The translations under genes were made by a program, and so were the position numbers. A stretch of DNA of 25,324 nt, from positions 1 to 25,324 of the forward strand of contig JBFWJG010000038.1 in the NCBI GenBank assembly GCA_050253335.1, read 5' to 3'. Of this stretch, positions 1-7,587 are shown piece by piece (position 1 is the stretch's first letter; the number at the start of each line of letters is the position of its first letter). Source of the stretch: Deferribacterales bacterium. GTDB lineage: Bacteria > Chrysiogenota > Deferribacteres > Deferribacterales > Geovibrionaceae. Under the pieces are notes generated by a model. That model saw only the letters and a program-made list of their open reading frames with translations, was not told where the DNA came from and did not search any database.

Positions 1-446
1 GCGCCGCCGTAAAGTTTGGCGAGAGCGAGCTTCTCCCATGTGTCCGGCCTGTTCACAGGGTTAATGAGAATACCGCTGGTGAGATGCGTTTGTATAACGG
101 AAGTATCCTGCGCCATTTCAAAGACCTGCCTGCTCATATAAGCAGGGTTGACCAGAGTGAGCTTCCTGCCGGACTCTGTGATAATGTCCCTGTCCTGAAC
201 ATGGCTGAGATATGGGTTGGGCTTGACTTTATCGGTAACCGGAACATAAACCCCGCCGTGGCTTGTGTTCCATTTTCTGTAAAGCTCGTCCTTGGTGAAT
301 GTGGATTCCGCCATCATGGCGGCGATTCTTGTGGTGGAGTTGCGTATTTCCAGATACTGCAGAAAGGTAAGACTGATTATAAGCCCTGTCCATATGAATA
401 CAAGCATTACGGAATAAAGCCTGATCCTTCTGATTTCCTCTCGCAT
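1..446 (-). CDS. DUF3365 (Tll0287-like, c-type heme family) periplasmic sensor protein, 5' part; the gene runs off the window edge and is probably a kinase or cyclase
   Basis: Not in the ORF track. Manual translation from ATG 446 (GGAG RBS upstream): MREEIRRIRLYSVMLVFIWTGLIISLTFLQY...WNTSHGGVYVP...PNPYL...LTLVNPAYMSRQ...HLTS...NPVNRPDTWEKLAL. N-terminal TM helix plus DUF3365-type motifs; open to the edge. Confidence 0.8.
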   Translation of the reverse strand, partial: MREEIRRIRLYSVMLVFIWTGLIISLTFLQYLEIRNSTTRIAAMMAESTFTKDELYRKWNTSHGGVYVPVTDKVKPNPYLSHVQDRDIITESGRKLTLVNPAYMSRQVFEMAQDTSVIQTHLTSGILINPVNRPDTWEKLALAKLYGG

Positions 447-564
447 CTCTGACTCCGGAAATATTTGTGTATTTACTTATATATTACCTCTGAAAGAAAT
501 TGTTTCAAAGTAATTTCGGTCATTGTGCATTTTTTCAGGCAGTGGTTGAGAACAGGTAAGGACG

Positions 565-593
565 AAAAAAAAGGGCTGCTCCGGGGCAGCCCT
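565..593 (-). terminator. Rho-independent terminator of the DUF2318-ABC operon
   Basis: Stem AGGGCTGC (572-579) / GCAGCCCT (586-593), followed on the minus strand by a T run, immediately after the ATPase stop at 597. Confidence 0.85.
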
Positions 594-596
594 GTG

Positions 597-1280
597 TTAC
601 GCTGATTTTACCGTTATTTTATCGACATTTCCGTCGGAAAGCTCCACAACTTTGTGAGCATATTCCGCGTAGTCCCTCTGGTGGGTCACCATAACCACGG
701 TGAGCCCCTCTTTGTTCAGATCGCTGAGTATCTGCATAACGGCGTCTCCGTTGGCTTTGTCCAGACTGCCTGTCGGCTCATCGGCAAAAAGGATCGCCGG
801 ACTGCCCACTATGGCTCTGGCTATTGCCACCCTCTGCTGTTCGCCGCCGGAAAGCTGTGAGGGGAGGCGCTTTTCCTTACCGGAAAGCCCCACCTTCGCC
901 AGCGCGTCAAAGGCTCTTGCCTTCTGTTCCTTCCCCGCGGGTCTGATCCCTGAGAGGAACGGGAGCATGACGTTTTCAAAGGCTGTCATATACGGCATCA
1001 GGTGATGAAACTGGAATATCATCGCCGCCTCTTCCCTGCGGAAGCGGTCGGTCTCGCAGCGCTTCATTCCCCTGAGGGGCTTATCCATGTAAATTATGTC
1101 GCCCTTGTCCGCATCCAGAAGAGAGGACATTATGTTCAGCAGAGTGCTTTTGCCGGAGCCTGAACGCCCCAGAAGGCAAACAAACTCGCCCCTTTCCACA
1201 TCAAGGGACACACCCTTGAGCACCGGAGTGACAACTCCGCTTCCGCTGTAGCTTTTGTATATATCATTTACTCTGAGCAT
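597..1280 (-). CDS. ABC transporter ATP-binding protein (LolD/MacB-type)
   Basis: Walker A GRSGSGKST, signature LSGGEQQR, Walker B LFADEPTG, VTH switch. Start MLRVNDIY at 1280 preferred because it avoids overlap with the permease. Confidence 0.92.
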   Translation of the reverse strand: MLRVNDIYKSYSGSGVVTPVLKGVSLDVERGEFVCLLGRSGSGKSTLLNIMSSLLDADKGDIIYMDKPLRGMKRCETDRFRREEAAMIFQFHHLMPYMTAFENVMLPFLSGIRPAGKEQKARAFDALAKVGLSGKEKRLPSQLSGGEQQRVAIARAIVGSPAILFADEPTGSLDKANGDAVMQILSDLNKEGLTVVMVTHQRDYAEYAHKVVELSDGNVDKITVKSA

Positions 1281-1288
1281 CGTTTCAC

Positions 1289-2530
1289 CTATAGCCTTAT
1301 TATGGCGCTTGCCGGTTCGGTTCTGGCCGCCTTGAGAGCGGGGATGACCGATGCCGCCACGGAAACAAGGCACACAACAGCCACGCTGAGAACCAGATGA
1401 GCAGGCTCAAAGTGTATCGCCGCGCCGTCTGTAAGCTCCATTTTCTCAAGTATTTTCACCGCGGTGAAATAACCCGCCCCGAAGCCTGCTAAACCGGAGG
1501 CCGCGCCTATCACCAGCGATTCGAAGCTGAACAGGCAGAAGATCTTGAACCTTGAATAGCCCATTGAGCGGAGAATGCCTATCTCACTGCGGCGTTCGGC
1601 TACGGAGGCCATCATGAACACTGCGAGCATGAAGCAGGCGATAACAAGGATCACGGCGCTTATCACGAGCACAAGGTTTTTCACGAAGTTGACGGTGAAC
1701 ATCCTCTGCTTGACCACGCTCTGCATGGCAGTAACGTCCACATCAGGCAGAGCCTGCTTTATCTGCATCACTATATCTTCAATGGGGCATCCGGCGCAGA
1801 GAGCCGAGACCTCAACGAATGTGACCTCCCCGGGCTTGTTCTTCAGCTCCTGAAGAGCGGTTATATCCATGAAGACAAGCTTGTCCTCATCTGTACCCAT
1901 AGGGGCGAGGACACCGGCAACATTAAAGGTTTTCCCTTCGATCTCCGTTTCCCAGCCCTTCTCAAGCCCTAAGAGCTTCGCGGCGGTGTTTCCGGCAACT
2001 ATGTCGTATTTGCCGAACTCGCTTCCTTCCTCAAGACCGTCCATGACCATTTCCGTGCCTTCGGGAAGGCTTTCCGTGCCGTCTCCGTGCGCTTCGTGGT
2101 CTGCCTTGTCTATATACCAGTAGCTTTTTATTTTAAGCTCTTCCACCCAGTTTATACCCACAACGGCAAACTCCCTGCCGTTCACGGAGGAAGTTTCCAG
2201 AAGCTTTGGCGCAACGGAGCTTATGCGCTCCTTGTAGCCTATTCCGCGAACCCCGTTTTCCACCTCGTCCATATCAAGCTTGTGGATGTTGTAGGAAAGG
2301 TTGCCCATGGAGAAACCGCCGTAGCTCACATCAAGACTTTCGGAGTGAGGTCTTACGAGGATATTGGCTCCGTAGGCGGTGAGCTTCTGCTCAAGGCTTT
2401 CGCCCACAGTGGCGGAGACATAGTAAAGCCCCACAACGGATATTATACCCGCCGAAAAGACCAGTGTAAGCATTGTCGTCCGCAGTGCTTTGCGTCTCAG
2501 GTTTTTTAAAGGTATGGTGAACAAATTCAT
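1289..2530 (-). CDS. FtsX/MacB-family ABC permease with periplasmic CxxC
   Basis: One N-terminal TM, large periplasmic domain, three C-terminal TMs; ERRSEIGILRSMG and IPALKAAR motifs; ALCAGCPIEDIV. Confidence 0.88.
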   Translation of the reverse strand: MNLFTIPLKNLRRKALRTTMLTLVFSAGIISVVGLYYVSATVGESLEQKLTAYGANILVRPHSESLDVSYGGFSMGNLSYNIHKLDMDEVENGVRGIGYKERISSVAPKLLETSSVNGREFAVVGINWVEELKIKSYWYIDKADHEAHGDGTESLPEGTEMVMDGLEEGSEFGKYDIVAGNTAAKLLGLEKGWETEIEGKTFNVAGVLAPMGTDEDKLVFMDITALQELKNKPGEVTFVEVSALCAGCPIEDIVMQIKQALPDVDVTAMQSVVKQRMFTVNFVKNLVLVISAVILVIACFMLAVFMMASVAERRSEIGILRSMGYSRFKIFCLFSFESLVIGAASGLAGFGAGYFTAVKILEKMELTDGAAIHFEPAHLVLSVAVVCLVSVAASVIPALKAARTEPASAIIRL

Positions 2531-2538
2531 CAGTTATC

Positions 2539-2979
2539 CTAGAAATACATAGCGCCGGAGGCTATGTCTGTTGTTTTGAGATAGACAAATTCCTTGTCGG
2601 TCGTTCTTGTCAGGGGCGAAGGGTTGCAGCCGCCTTTGACCTCGTTTATTCTCATGGAGTGAAACTTCATCCCGCAGTTGTTGCAGACCATGAAATCACC
2701 CTGCTGGGAATAGCCCTTCTTCTCGCGGTAGCAGACATCACATGCGTCAAACGCCGCTCTTATAACACCGTCACTGCTTTTGAGTATGAAGTATTTAACA
2801 TCTTTACCGTTTATTTTTGTATAGTAATAGTGCGCCTTGCCGTCATTAACATCTTTAAGGGCTATTTTAACCACGCCGTTCTGCGCCTTTGCCTCTTTCA
2901 CTTTGCCGCCGCCCCAGCTCCACGCCGCGACTGACATAACGAGAACGCCTAACAGTAATGCCTTGAGTATGATCTTCAT
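2539..2979 (-). CDS. DUF2318 Cys-rich (putative Fe-S/metal-binding) exported protein
   Basis: Signal peptide MKIILKALLLGVLVMSVAA; DACDVC, MVCNNCG and GGCNPSPL motifs; GGAGG RBS before ATG 2979. Confidence 0.85.
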   Translation of the reverse strand: MKIILKALLLGVLVMSVAAWSWGGGKVKEAKAQNGVVKIALKDVNDGKAHYYYTKINGKDVKYFILKSSDGVIRAAFDACDVCYREKKGYSQQGDFMVCNNCGMKFHSMRINEVKGGCNPSPLTRTTDKEFVYLKTTDIASGAMYF

Positions 2980-3014
2980 GTTTCCTCCATGTGTATCTAC
3001 GTATGAACCTTTGA

Positions 3015-3095
3015 AGCGGAAAAAGTTCCGCTCATGCGGCACTGCCCATGCGGAGCGGGCAGTGCCGTCTGCGGAAGACTCCTCCCCCGAGAAGT
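3015..3095 (-). promoter_or_regulatory. Structured GC-rich 5' leader of the DUF2318 operon (candidate cis-regulatory RNA)
   Basis: 11-bp perfect stem 3037-3047/3057-3067, 7-bp stem 3015-3021/3026-3032, 4-bp stem at 3067-3079, all between the predicted promoter and the RBS. Confidence 0.45.
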
Positions 3096-3105
3096 CCTGA
3101 AAGCT

Positions 3106-3130
3106 TATTCATATTTACATGATAGGAAAT
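3106..3130. promoter_or_regulatory. Putative Rrf2-type operator, copy 2
   Basis: TATTCATATTTACATGATAGGAAAT; 19/25 identical to 12038-12062; overlaps the predicted -10 and start site. Confidence 0.5.
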
Positions 3131-3156
3131 ATAGACGGATGAATTTTATGTGACAA
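3128..3156 (-). promoter_or_regulatory. Putative sigma70 promoter for the DUF2318-ABC operon
   Basis: Minus strand TTGTCA (3156-3151) - N17 - TATATT (3133-3128). Confidence 0.55.
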
Positions 3157-3276
3157 CAGCTTACTTTAAAAAAATTTAATTTTATACAATATATTGATAC
3201 TACTAGATTATTAACCGAAGAACACTCTTTCGAAACTTAAAATAAGCCTGCCCGCCCCCCTCTCAGCCCTTTTTCC

Positions 3277-3295
3277 CTGTGCAGTTTTTGCACAG
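3277..3295. promoter_or_regulatory. Palindromic candidate transcription-factor site upstream of the YtkA-like gene
   Basis: CTGTGCA-GTTTT-TGCACAG, perfect 7-bp arms in the divergent intergenic region. Confidence 0.4.
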
Positions 3296-3327
3296 ATCCT
3301 GTTTGTTGAACAAATACTCACATTTCC

Positions 3328-3356
3328 TTGATCACGTTTCTTAAAAGGAGTAATAT
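3328..3356 (+). promoter_or_regulatory. Possible sigma70 promoter for the YtkA-like/DsbD_2 pair
   Basis: TTGATC - N17 - TAATAT, upstream of the GGAGGT RBS at 3371-3376. Confidence 0.35.
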
Positions 3357-3381
3357 CATATGAATATTGCGGAGGTATTTC

Positions 3382-3822
3382 ATGAAAAGATTTATTACGC
3401 TTCTGACAGCTGTACTTGTTGTCTGTATGTTCTCAGCGGCCTTCGCCGCGGAACGCTTCGTCATCCCCCTTGACGCGGAAAACGACCTCTACACGGCGGA
3501 CAAAACCTTCATCACAGACGGCATTGAGATAGCAGCCGCAATGTCACGCCCGACAGAGGCCTTCAAGCCGATCACCTTCACGTTCGCCTTTGCGGAAAAG
3601 GGAGCGCCTATTGCGGTGGAGAACGGCAAAATACGCTTTAACATGAAGATGGACATGGGCGAATATGCCTATGACCTCACAAAGGCGGACGGAAAATACA
3701 CAGCAACCGCTGTTCTGCCCAAGTGCATGATGGGCGGGGAAATCTGGTTCGGCAAGCTCACCTTCTCCCATAAAGGCACTGAGCACTCCAAGGTATTTTT
3801 CTTCAAAATACCCAAAAGTTAG
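3382..3822 (+). CDS. Exported YtkA/FixH-like protein, possible metal chaperone
   Basis: Signal peptide ending AAFA; beta-rich domain with FNMKMDMG and LPKCMMGG..W motifs; GGAGGT RBS before ATG 3382. Confidence 0.65.
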   Translation: MKRFITLLTAVLVVCMFSAAFAAERFVIPLDAENDLYTADKTFITDGIEIAAAMSRPTEAFKPITFTFAFAEKGAPIAVENGKIRFNMKMDMGEYAYDLTKADGKYTATAVLPKCMMGGEIWFGKLTFSHKGTEHSKVFFFKIPKS

Positions 3823-3831
3823 GAGCCGATC

Positions 3832-4491
3832 TTGCAGAACATTGACCTTCTGGGGTTTCTTTCGCTCGGTTTTTTCGGGGGGTTCGGGCACTGCATAGGC
3901 ATGTGCCACCCCTTCGTTCTTTATATCTCCGGCAGATTCGTGGGCGGAAACAAAGGCTATGCGAAGATGTACGTTCCCCACCTGAAATACAACATAGGCC
4001 GCTCCGTCACTTACGCCGTGATGGGCGCCGCGGCGGGCGCACTGGGGAATATGGCCACCCTCGCCGGAAACATGGCGGGGATACAGAAAGCCTCCGCCGT
4101 ATTCGCCGGAGTGTTCCTTATCCTTTACGGGCTCCTGTCATTCTTAGGCTACAACCTGCTGAACAGGTTCGAGAACAGATTTGCCGCAGAGAAAATAATG
4201 AATCTGATAAAAAAAGTTCAGCCTAAAACAGCCTTCGGCAGCGGACTTGTTCTGGGGCTTATCCCCTGCGGGCTGGTTTACGGGGCGCTTATCGCCGCCT
4301 CCGCCTCCGCAAGCGCAGTGAAGGGCGCATTGTCCATGTTCCTCTTCGGCACAGGCACGATCACCGCCATGATGCTCGCCGCCGTATTCGGCAACTTCAT
4401 CATGGGCAGAAGGGGCTTCTTCAATCTGCTGAGCCTCATACTCCTCATCTGCATGGGCGCATGGTTTATCTGGCAGGGAGTAAGGTTTTAG
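3832..4491 (+). CDS. DsbD_2 / TauE-SafE-like six-TM protein (cbb3 assembly-associated family)
   Basis: GHCIGMC, YNIGR..TY and LIPCGLVY motifs; TTG start with AGGAG RBS. The family commonly neighbours ccoGHIS. Confidence 0.85.
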   Translation: MQNIDLLGFLSLGFFGGFGHCIGMCHPFVLYISGRFVGGNKGYAKMYVPHLKYNIGRSVTYAVMGAAAGALGNMATLAGNMAGIQKASAVFAGVFLILYGLLSFLGYNLLNRFENRFAAEKIMNLIKKVQPKTAFGSGLVLGLIPCGLVYGALIAASASASAVKGALSMFLFGTGTITAMMLAAVFGNFIMGRRGFFNLLSLILLICMGAWFIWQGVRF

Positions 4492-6929
4492 GACTTCGAG
4501 TTGATCCTCATCGAGTTGAACACAACGATCAGGGAGCTGACCGCCATGAACGCGGCGGAGAATATGGGGTGTATCTTCCCTGTTACCGCAAGGGGTATTG
4601 CGATGAAGTTGTAGGAGAAAGCCCAGAACAGGTTCTCTTTTATCACGGTGAATGTTTTTTTCGCGGTTTTGTTTAATTTGAGAATAACGGAGAGATCGCC
4701 CCGCATCAGCACAGCATCCGCGCTTTCAATGGCTATGTCAGTCCCCTTGCCCATGGCAATGCCTGCGTCCGCCTCGGTTAACGCCGGAGCGTCATTGATC
4801 CCGTCACCCACCATAGCAACTCTCAGCCCCTGTTCTTTCAGACTGCGCACTGTTTCGGCCTTTTCAAAAGGGGTTACCTCGGCGCGGCATTCTATCCCCT
4901 CTATGCCTATGGTGCTCACGAGCTTGTCCGCCGCCCTGCGGCTGTCACCGGTGAGAATAAGCACTCGGTTTCCGCGCCTCACAAGCTCCTTCAGAATGTA
5001 CCCCGCCTCCTCACGGACGGAGTCGGAAAGGAGGATGAAACCGATCAGCTCCCTCTCCTCTGAGACTGCGGCGACGGTGTGCCCCTTGGCAGAGAAATAA
5101 TCATGCTGTTCCCGCATTTCGGGGGTGACTTCTGCGTGTTCCTCAATGAATTTCAGTTTTCCTGCCCTTACTTTTCTGCCGTTTATATCCGCCTCAACAC
5201 CGTTTCCGGGTATTTCGCGGAAATTTTCGGCGGGAAGGAATGTGCCGTCATAATAATCCGTGACAGCCTTTGATATAAGGTGGGATGAATAACGCTCAAC
5301 CGATGCGGCAAGCTCCAGCGTCCGCCCTGAGCCGAGGTCATAAATATCCGCCACTTTCATCTCGCCTCTGGTGATTGTGCCTGTTTTGTCAAAGCACCAG
5401 CAGTTTATGCGGCTGAGTGTCTCCATGACCTCGCCGCTTCGCACCAACGCGCCGAATGAGGCGGTCTTAGTGGTGGCTATCATAACCGCAAGAGGCGTTG
5501 CCAGCCCAAGGGCGCATGGGCAGGCGATCACCAGCACGGAGACAGCGTTCATAAGCCCTGTAAGCCCGTTTCCTGTAGCGAAGTACCACCAGCCGAAGGT
5601 CACGGCGGCTATTGTGATTATGACAGGCACAAACCAGCCCACGATGCTGTCCGCCAGATTCTGAATCGGCGCTTTTTCCGCCTGAGCCTCCTCCACAGCC
5701 TTCACTATGCGGGAGAGCACAGTTCCGCTCCCCGCCTGAGCGCATTCTATGACAAGGGTTCCGTTAAGGTTTGATGTCCCTGCGAAAACCTCTGCGTTCT
5801 CCGTTTTGAACACAGGAGAGGACTCTCCGGTGAGCATGGATTCGTCCACCTCGCTTTCACCGCAGACTACCCGTCCGTCCGCCGGAACGGAAGAGCCGGG
5901 CAGAACCTCAAGGAAATCGCCTGTTTTCACCGACCTGACAGGGACAAGCACAGGCTCAAGCTTTCCCGCGGCATATTCTGCGGGGTCAAACTCCCTGATG
6001 ATCCTCACGGTTTGAGGCTGGTAGGACAAAAGACGGGTGACAGCGCCGCTGTGACGGAGCTTGGCTCCTGTTTCTATGAATCTCCCAAGAAGTATGAGGG
6101 TTATTATCATGCATGTGGTATCGAAATATACTTCCCTTTCGCTGAAAACCGCGCCCACGCTGTAGACATATGAACTGAATGAACCGAGAAAAACCAGAAC
6201 ATCCATATTCAGCACACGGTTGCGGACAGATTTAAGGCTGTTGACGATGAAAGGCCAGCCTGAGTAAAACATAACCGGAGTAGCCAGAGCCCATGAGAGA
6301 AGCTTGAAAAATTTATTCAGCCCTTCTTCCATCCCCTGAAAATATCCGGCATACATGGCGAAGGTGTAGAGCATTACGTTCATTGCGAAGAATGAACCTA
6401 TGGAAAAACGATAGAAATAGTCCTTCCGTTCCTCCTCAAGGACAGTGTTTCTCCCCCCTTTGCCAACAGGCATGGGCGGATAGCCTAGGGAACGGAACTT
6501 CTCCAGCATATCGTTCAGGCTCAGCGTCCCCTTTTTCCAACGGACTTTTGCCTTGTGGGTTGCGTAGTTGACCCGAACGTAAGAGATGTTTTCATCCCTG
6601 CGGAAGAAGTTTTCCACCAGCCATATGCAGGAGGAGCAGCGGACGCCTGAAAGAACCACATCAAGGGAGCATTCCCCGTTGTCCTCTTTGAAATCATCCT
6701 CGAAAAGCTCGTCCGAAATGCGGGCGGAATCCACCCCGCCCTCTTTCCAGTCCGTGCGGCGGATATAAAAGGAATCAAGCCCCGCATCGTGTATAAGCCC
6801 GTAAACGCTCATGCAGCCGTGACAGCAGAAATATAGGGTCTCTCCGTCCTTTTCGGTTTTAACGGCGGAGTTTTCCTTAACATCCAGCAGACAGTGGGCG
6901 CATTTTCTATTTGTCGTCTTCGTCGTCAT
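4488..6929 (-). CDS. ccoI: Cu-translocating P1B-type ATPase CcoI/FixI
   Basis: N-terminal CAHC...CCHGC, HMA-type CSSC, TGES, CPC, DKTGT, TGD, GDGIND, YN and MxxSS motifs. Start MTTKTT at 6929 overlaps the ccoS 3' end. Confidence 0.93.
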   Translation of the reverse strand: MTTKTTNRKCAHCLLDVKENSAVKTEKDGETLYFCCHGCMSVYGLIHDAGLDSFYIRRTDWKEGGVDSARISDELFEDDFKEDNGECSLDVVLSGVRCSSCIWLVENFFRRDENISYVRVNYATHKAKVRWKKGTLSLNDMLEKFRSLGYPPMPVGKGGRNTVLEEERKDYFYRFSIGSFFAMNVMLYTFAMYAGYFQGMEEGLNKFFKLLSWALATPVMFYSGWPFIVNSLKSVRNRVLNMDVLVFLGSFSSYVYSVGAVFSEREVYFDTTCMIITLILLGRFIETGAKLRHSGAVTRLLSYQPQTVRIIREFDPAEYAAGKLEPVLVPVRSVKTGDFLEVLPGSSVPADGRVVCGESEVDESMLTGESSPVFKTENAEVFAGTSNLNGTLVIECAQAGSGTVLSRIVKAVEEAQAEKAPIQNLADSIVGWFVPVIITIAAVTFGWWYFATGNGLTGLMNAVSVLVIACPCALGLATPLAVMIATTKTASFGALVRSGEVMETLSRINCWCFDKTGTITRGEMKVADIYDLGSGRTLELAASVERYSSHLISKAVTDYYDGTFLPAENFREIPGNGVEADINGRKVRAGKLKFIEEHAEVTPEMREQHDYFSAKGHTVAAVSEERELIGFILLSDSVREEAGYILKELVRRGNRVLILTGDSRRAADKLVSTIGIEGIECRAEVTPFEKAETVRSLKEQGLRVAMVGDGINDAPALTEADAGIAMGKGTDIAIESADAVLMRGDLSVILKLNKTAKKTFTVIKENLFWAFSYNFIAIPLAVTGKIHPIFSAAFMAVSSLIVVFNSMRINSKS

Positions 6930-7056
6930 CAAGCATCCGGTATTTCGGCCCTTCAATATCGTCGAACTGTCCTTTTCTGCCCGCATAAAGAAAAAGCCCC
7001 AGAGCGATTGCCCCGAGAATCAGGCTGACCGGAATCAGCAGATATAAGGCTGACAT
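6907..7056 (-). CDS. ccoS: cbb3 oxidase maturation protein CcoS/FixS (49 aa)
   Basis: Not in the ORF track. MSALYLLIPVSLILGAIALGLFLYAGRKGQFDDIEGPKYRMLDDDEDDK carries the hallmark LIP.S and GQFDD motifs. Confidence 0.93.
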   Translation of the reverse strand: MSALYLLIPVSLILGAIALGLFLYAGRKGQFDDIEGPKYRMLDDDEDDK

Positions 7057-7142
7057 TATCCGGCGTATTTAAGGGCGAACAGAAGGGGTATGCCTATCAT
7101 GGTTACCAGGCTTATTATCATCAGAATTGTTCCCTTTCTCAT
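7056..7142 (-). CDS. 28-aa single-TM small protein of unknown function
   Basis: MRKGTILMIISLVTMIGIPLLFALKYAG; AGGAGG RBS; stop overlaps the ccoS start (TAATG). Confidence 0.72.
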   Translation of the reverse strand: MRKGTILMIISLVTMIGIPLLFALKYAG

Positions 7143-7164
7143 ATGATCCTCCTGAAAATGAAAA

Positions 7165-7587
7165 CTAATTTATATAAAAGTTCCTTTTAAGCCTTACCTC
7201 TTTGCCGTCCACGGCAAAGGTCACTTTAAGGATATGGTAGCCTTTCTCAAGACGAGGGGCGGACACGGCGTAGCCTTCGCCGCTTTCAGCGACATTAAGT
7301 TCAAGAGCTCCCCCGCCCACCGGCCTCTCCACTTCCGCTTTCATTGTTTCGGGTTTGTAGGTTCCGCCGAGGGAGAAATCCAGAACCACATTTTTATCAG
7401 ACTGCTCTATCTTTTTCACGGTGAGCTTGAGCCCCTTTTCCATGACAGTGCTGCGCATCTCGTCATAGACGAGACCTTTCTCGTATGAGTTATCCTCAAC
7501 CCTGCCGTCAAAAAGCTTTTTGCCCACTATAACAGAAGGGGCGATAGTAATGAGCGCCAGCAGAAATATAAGAACAGTCACCTTCAT
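7165..7587 (-). CDS. ccoH: FixH/CcoH-like assembly protein
   Basis: N-terminal TM followed by VEDNSYEKGLVYD (FixH-like); ATGA-coupled to ccoG. Confidence 0.7.
   Translation of the reverse strand: MKVTVLIFLLALITIAPSVIVGKKLFDGRVEDNSYEKGLVYDEMRSTVMEKGLKLTVKKIEQSDKNVVLDFSLGGTYKPETMKAEVERPVGGGALELNVAESGEGYAVSAPRLEKGYHILKVTFAVDGKEVRLKRNFYIN

Noticed and set aside
84..452. 122-aa plus-strand ORF
   Set aside because: Antisense shadow of the DUF3365 gene, which has an RBS and family motifs.
3037..3051. CGGCAC-N5-ATGC resembling a sigma54 -24/-12 promoter on the plus strand
   Set aside because: Imperfect, part of a hairpin arm, and about 330 nt from the next plus-strand gene.
3189..3212. Possible Fur box
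   Set aside because: Only about 10/19 match in AT-rich DNA.
3328..3341. FNR-like TTGAT half-site
   Set aside because: No ATCAA second half; no full FNR box seen before the cco operon either.
6930..6986. Extended ccoI N-terminus from the ORF track (also the extensions at 1373, 3042, 12020, 15404, 24990)
   Set aside because: These extensions overlap real genes, promoters or RBS regions. Downstream starts fit family N-termini better and most have an RBS.
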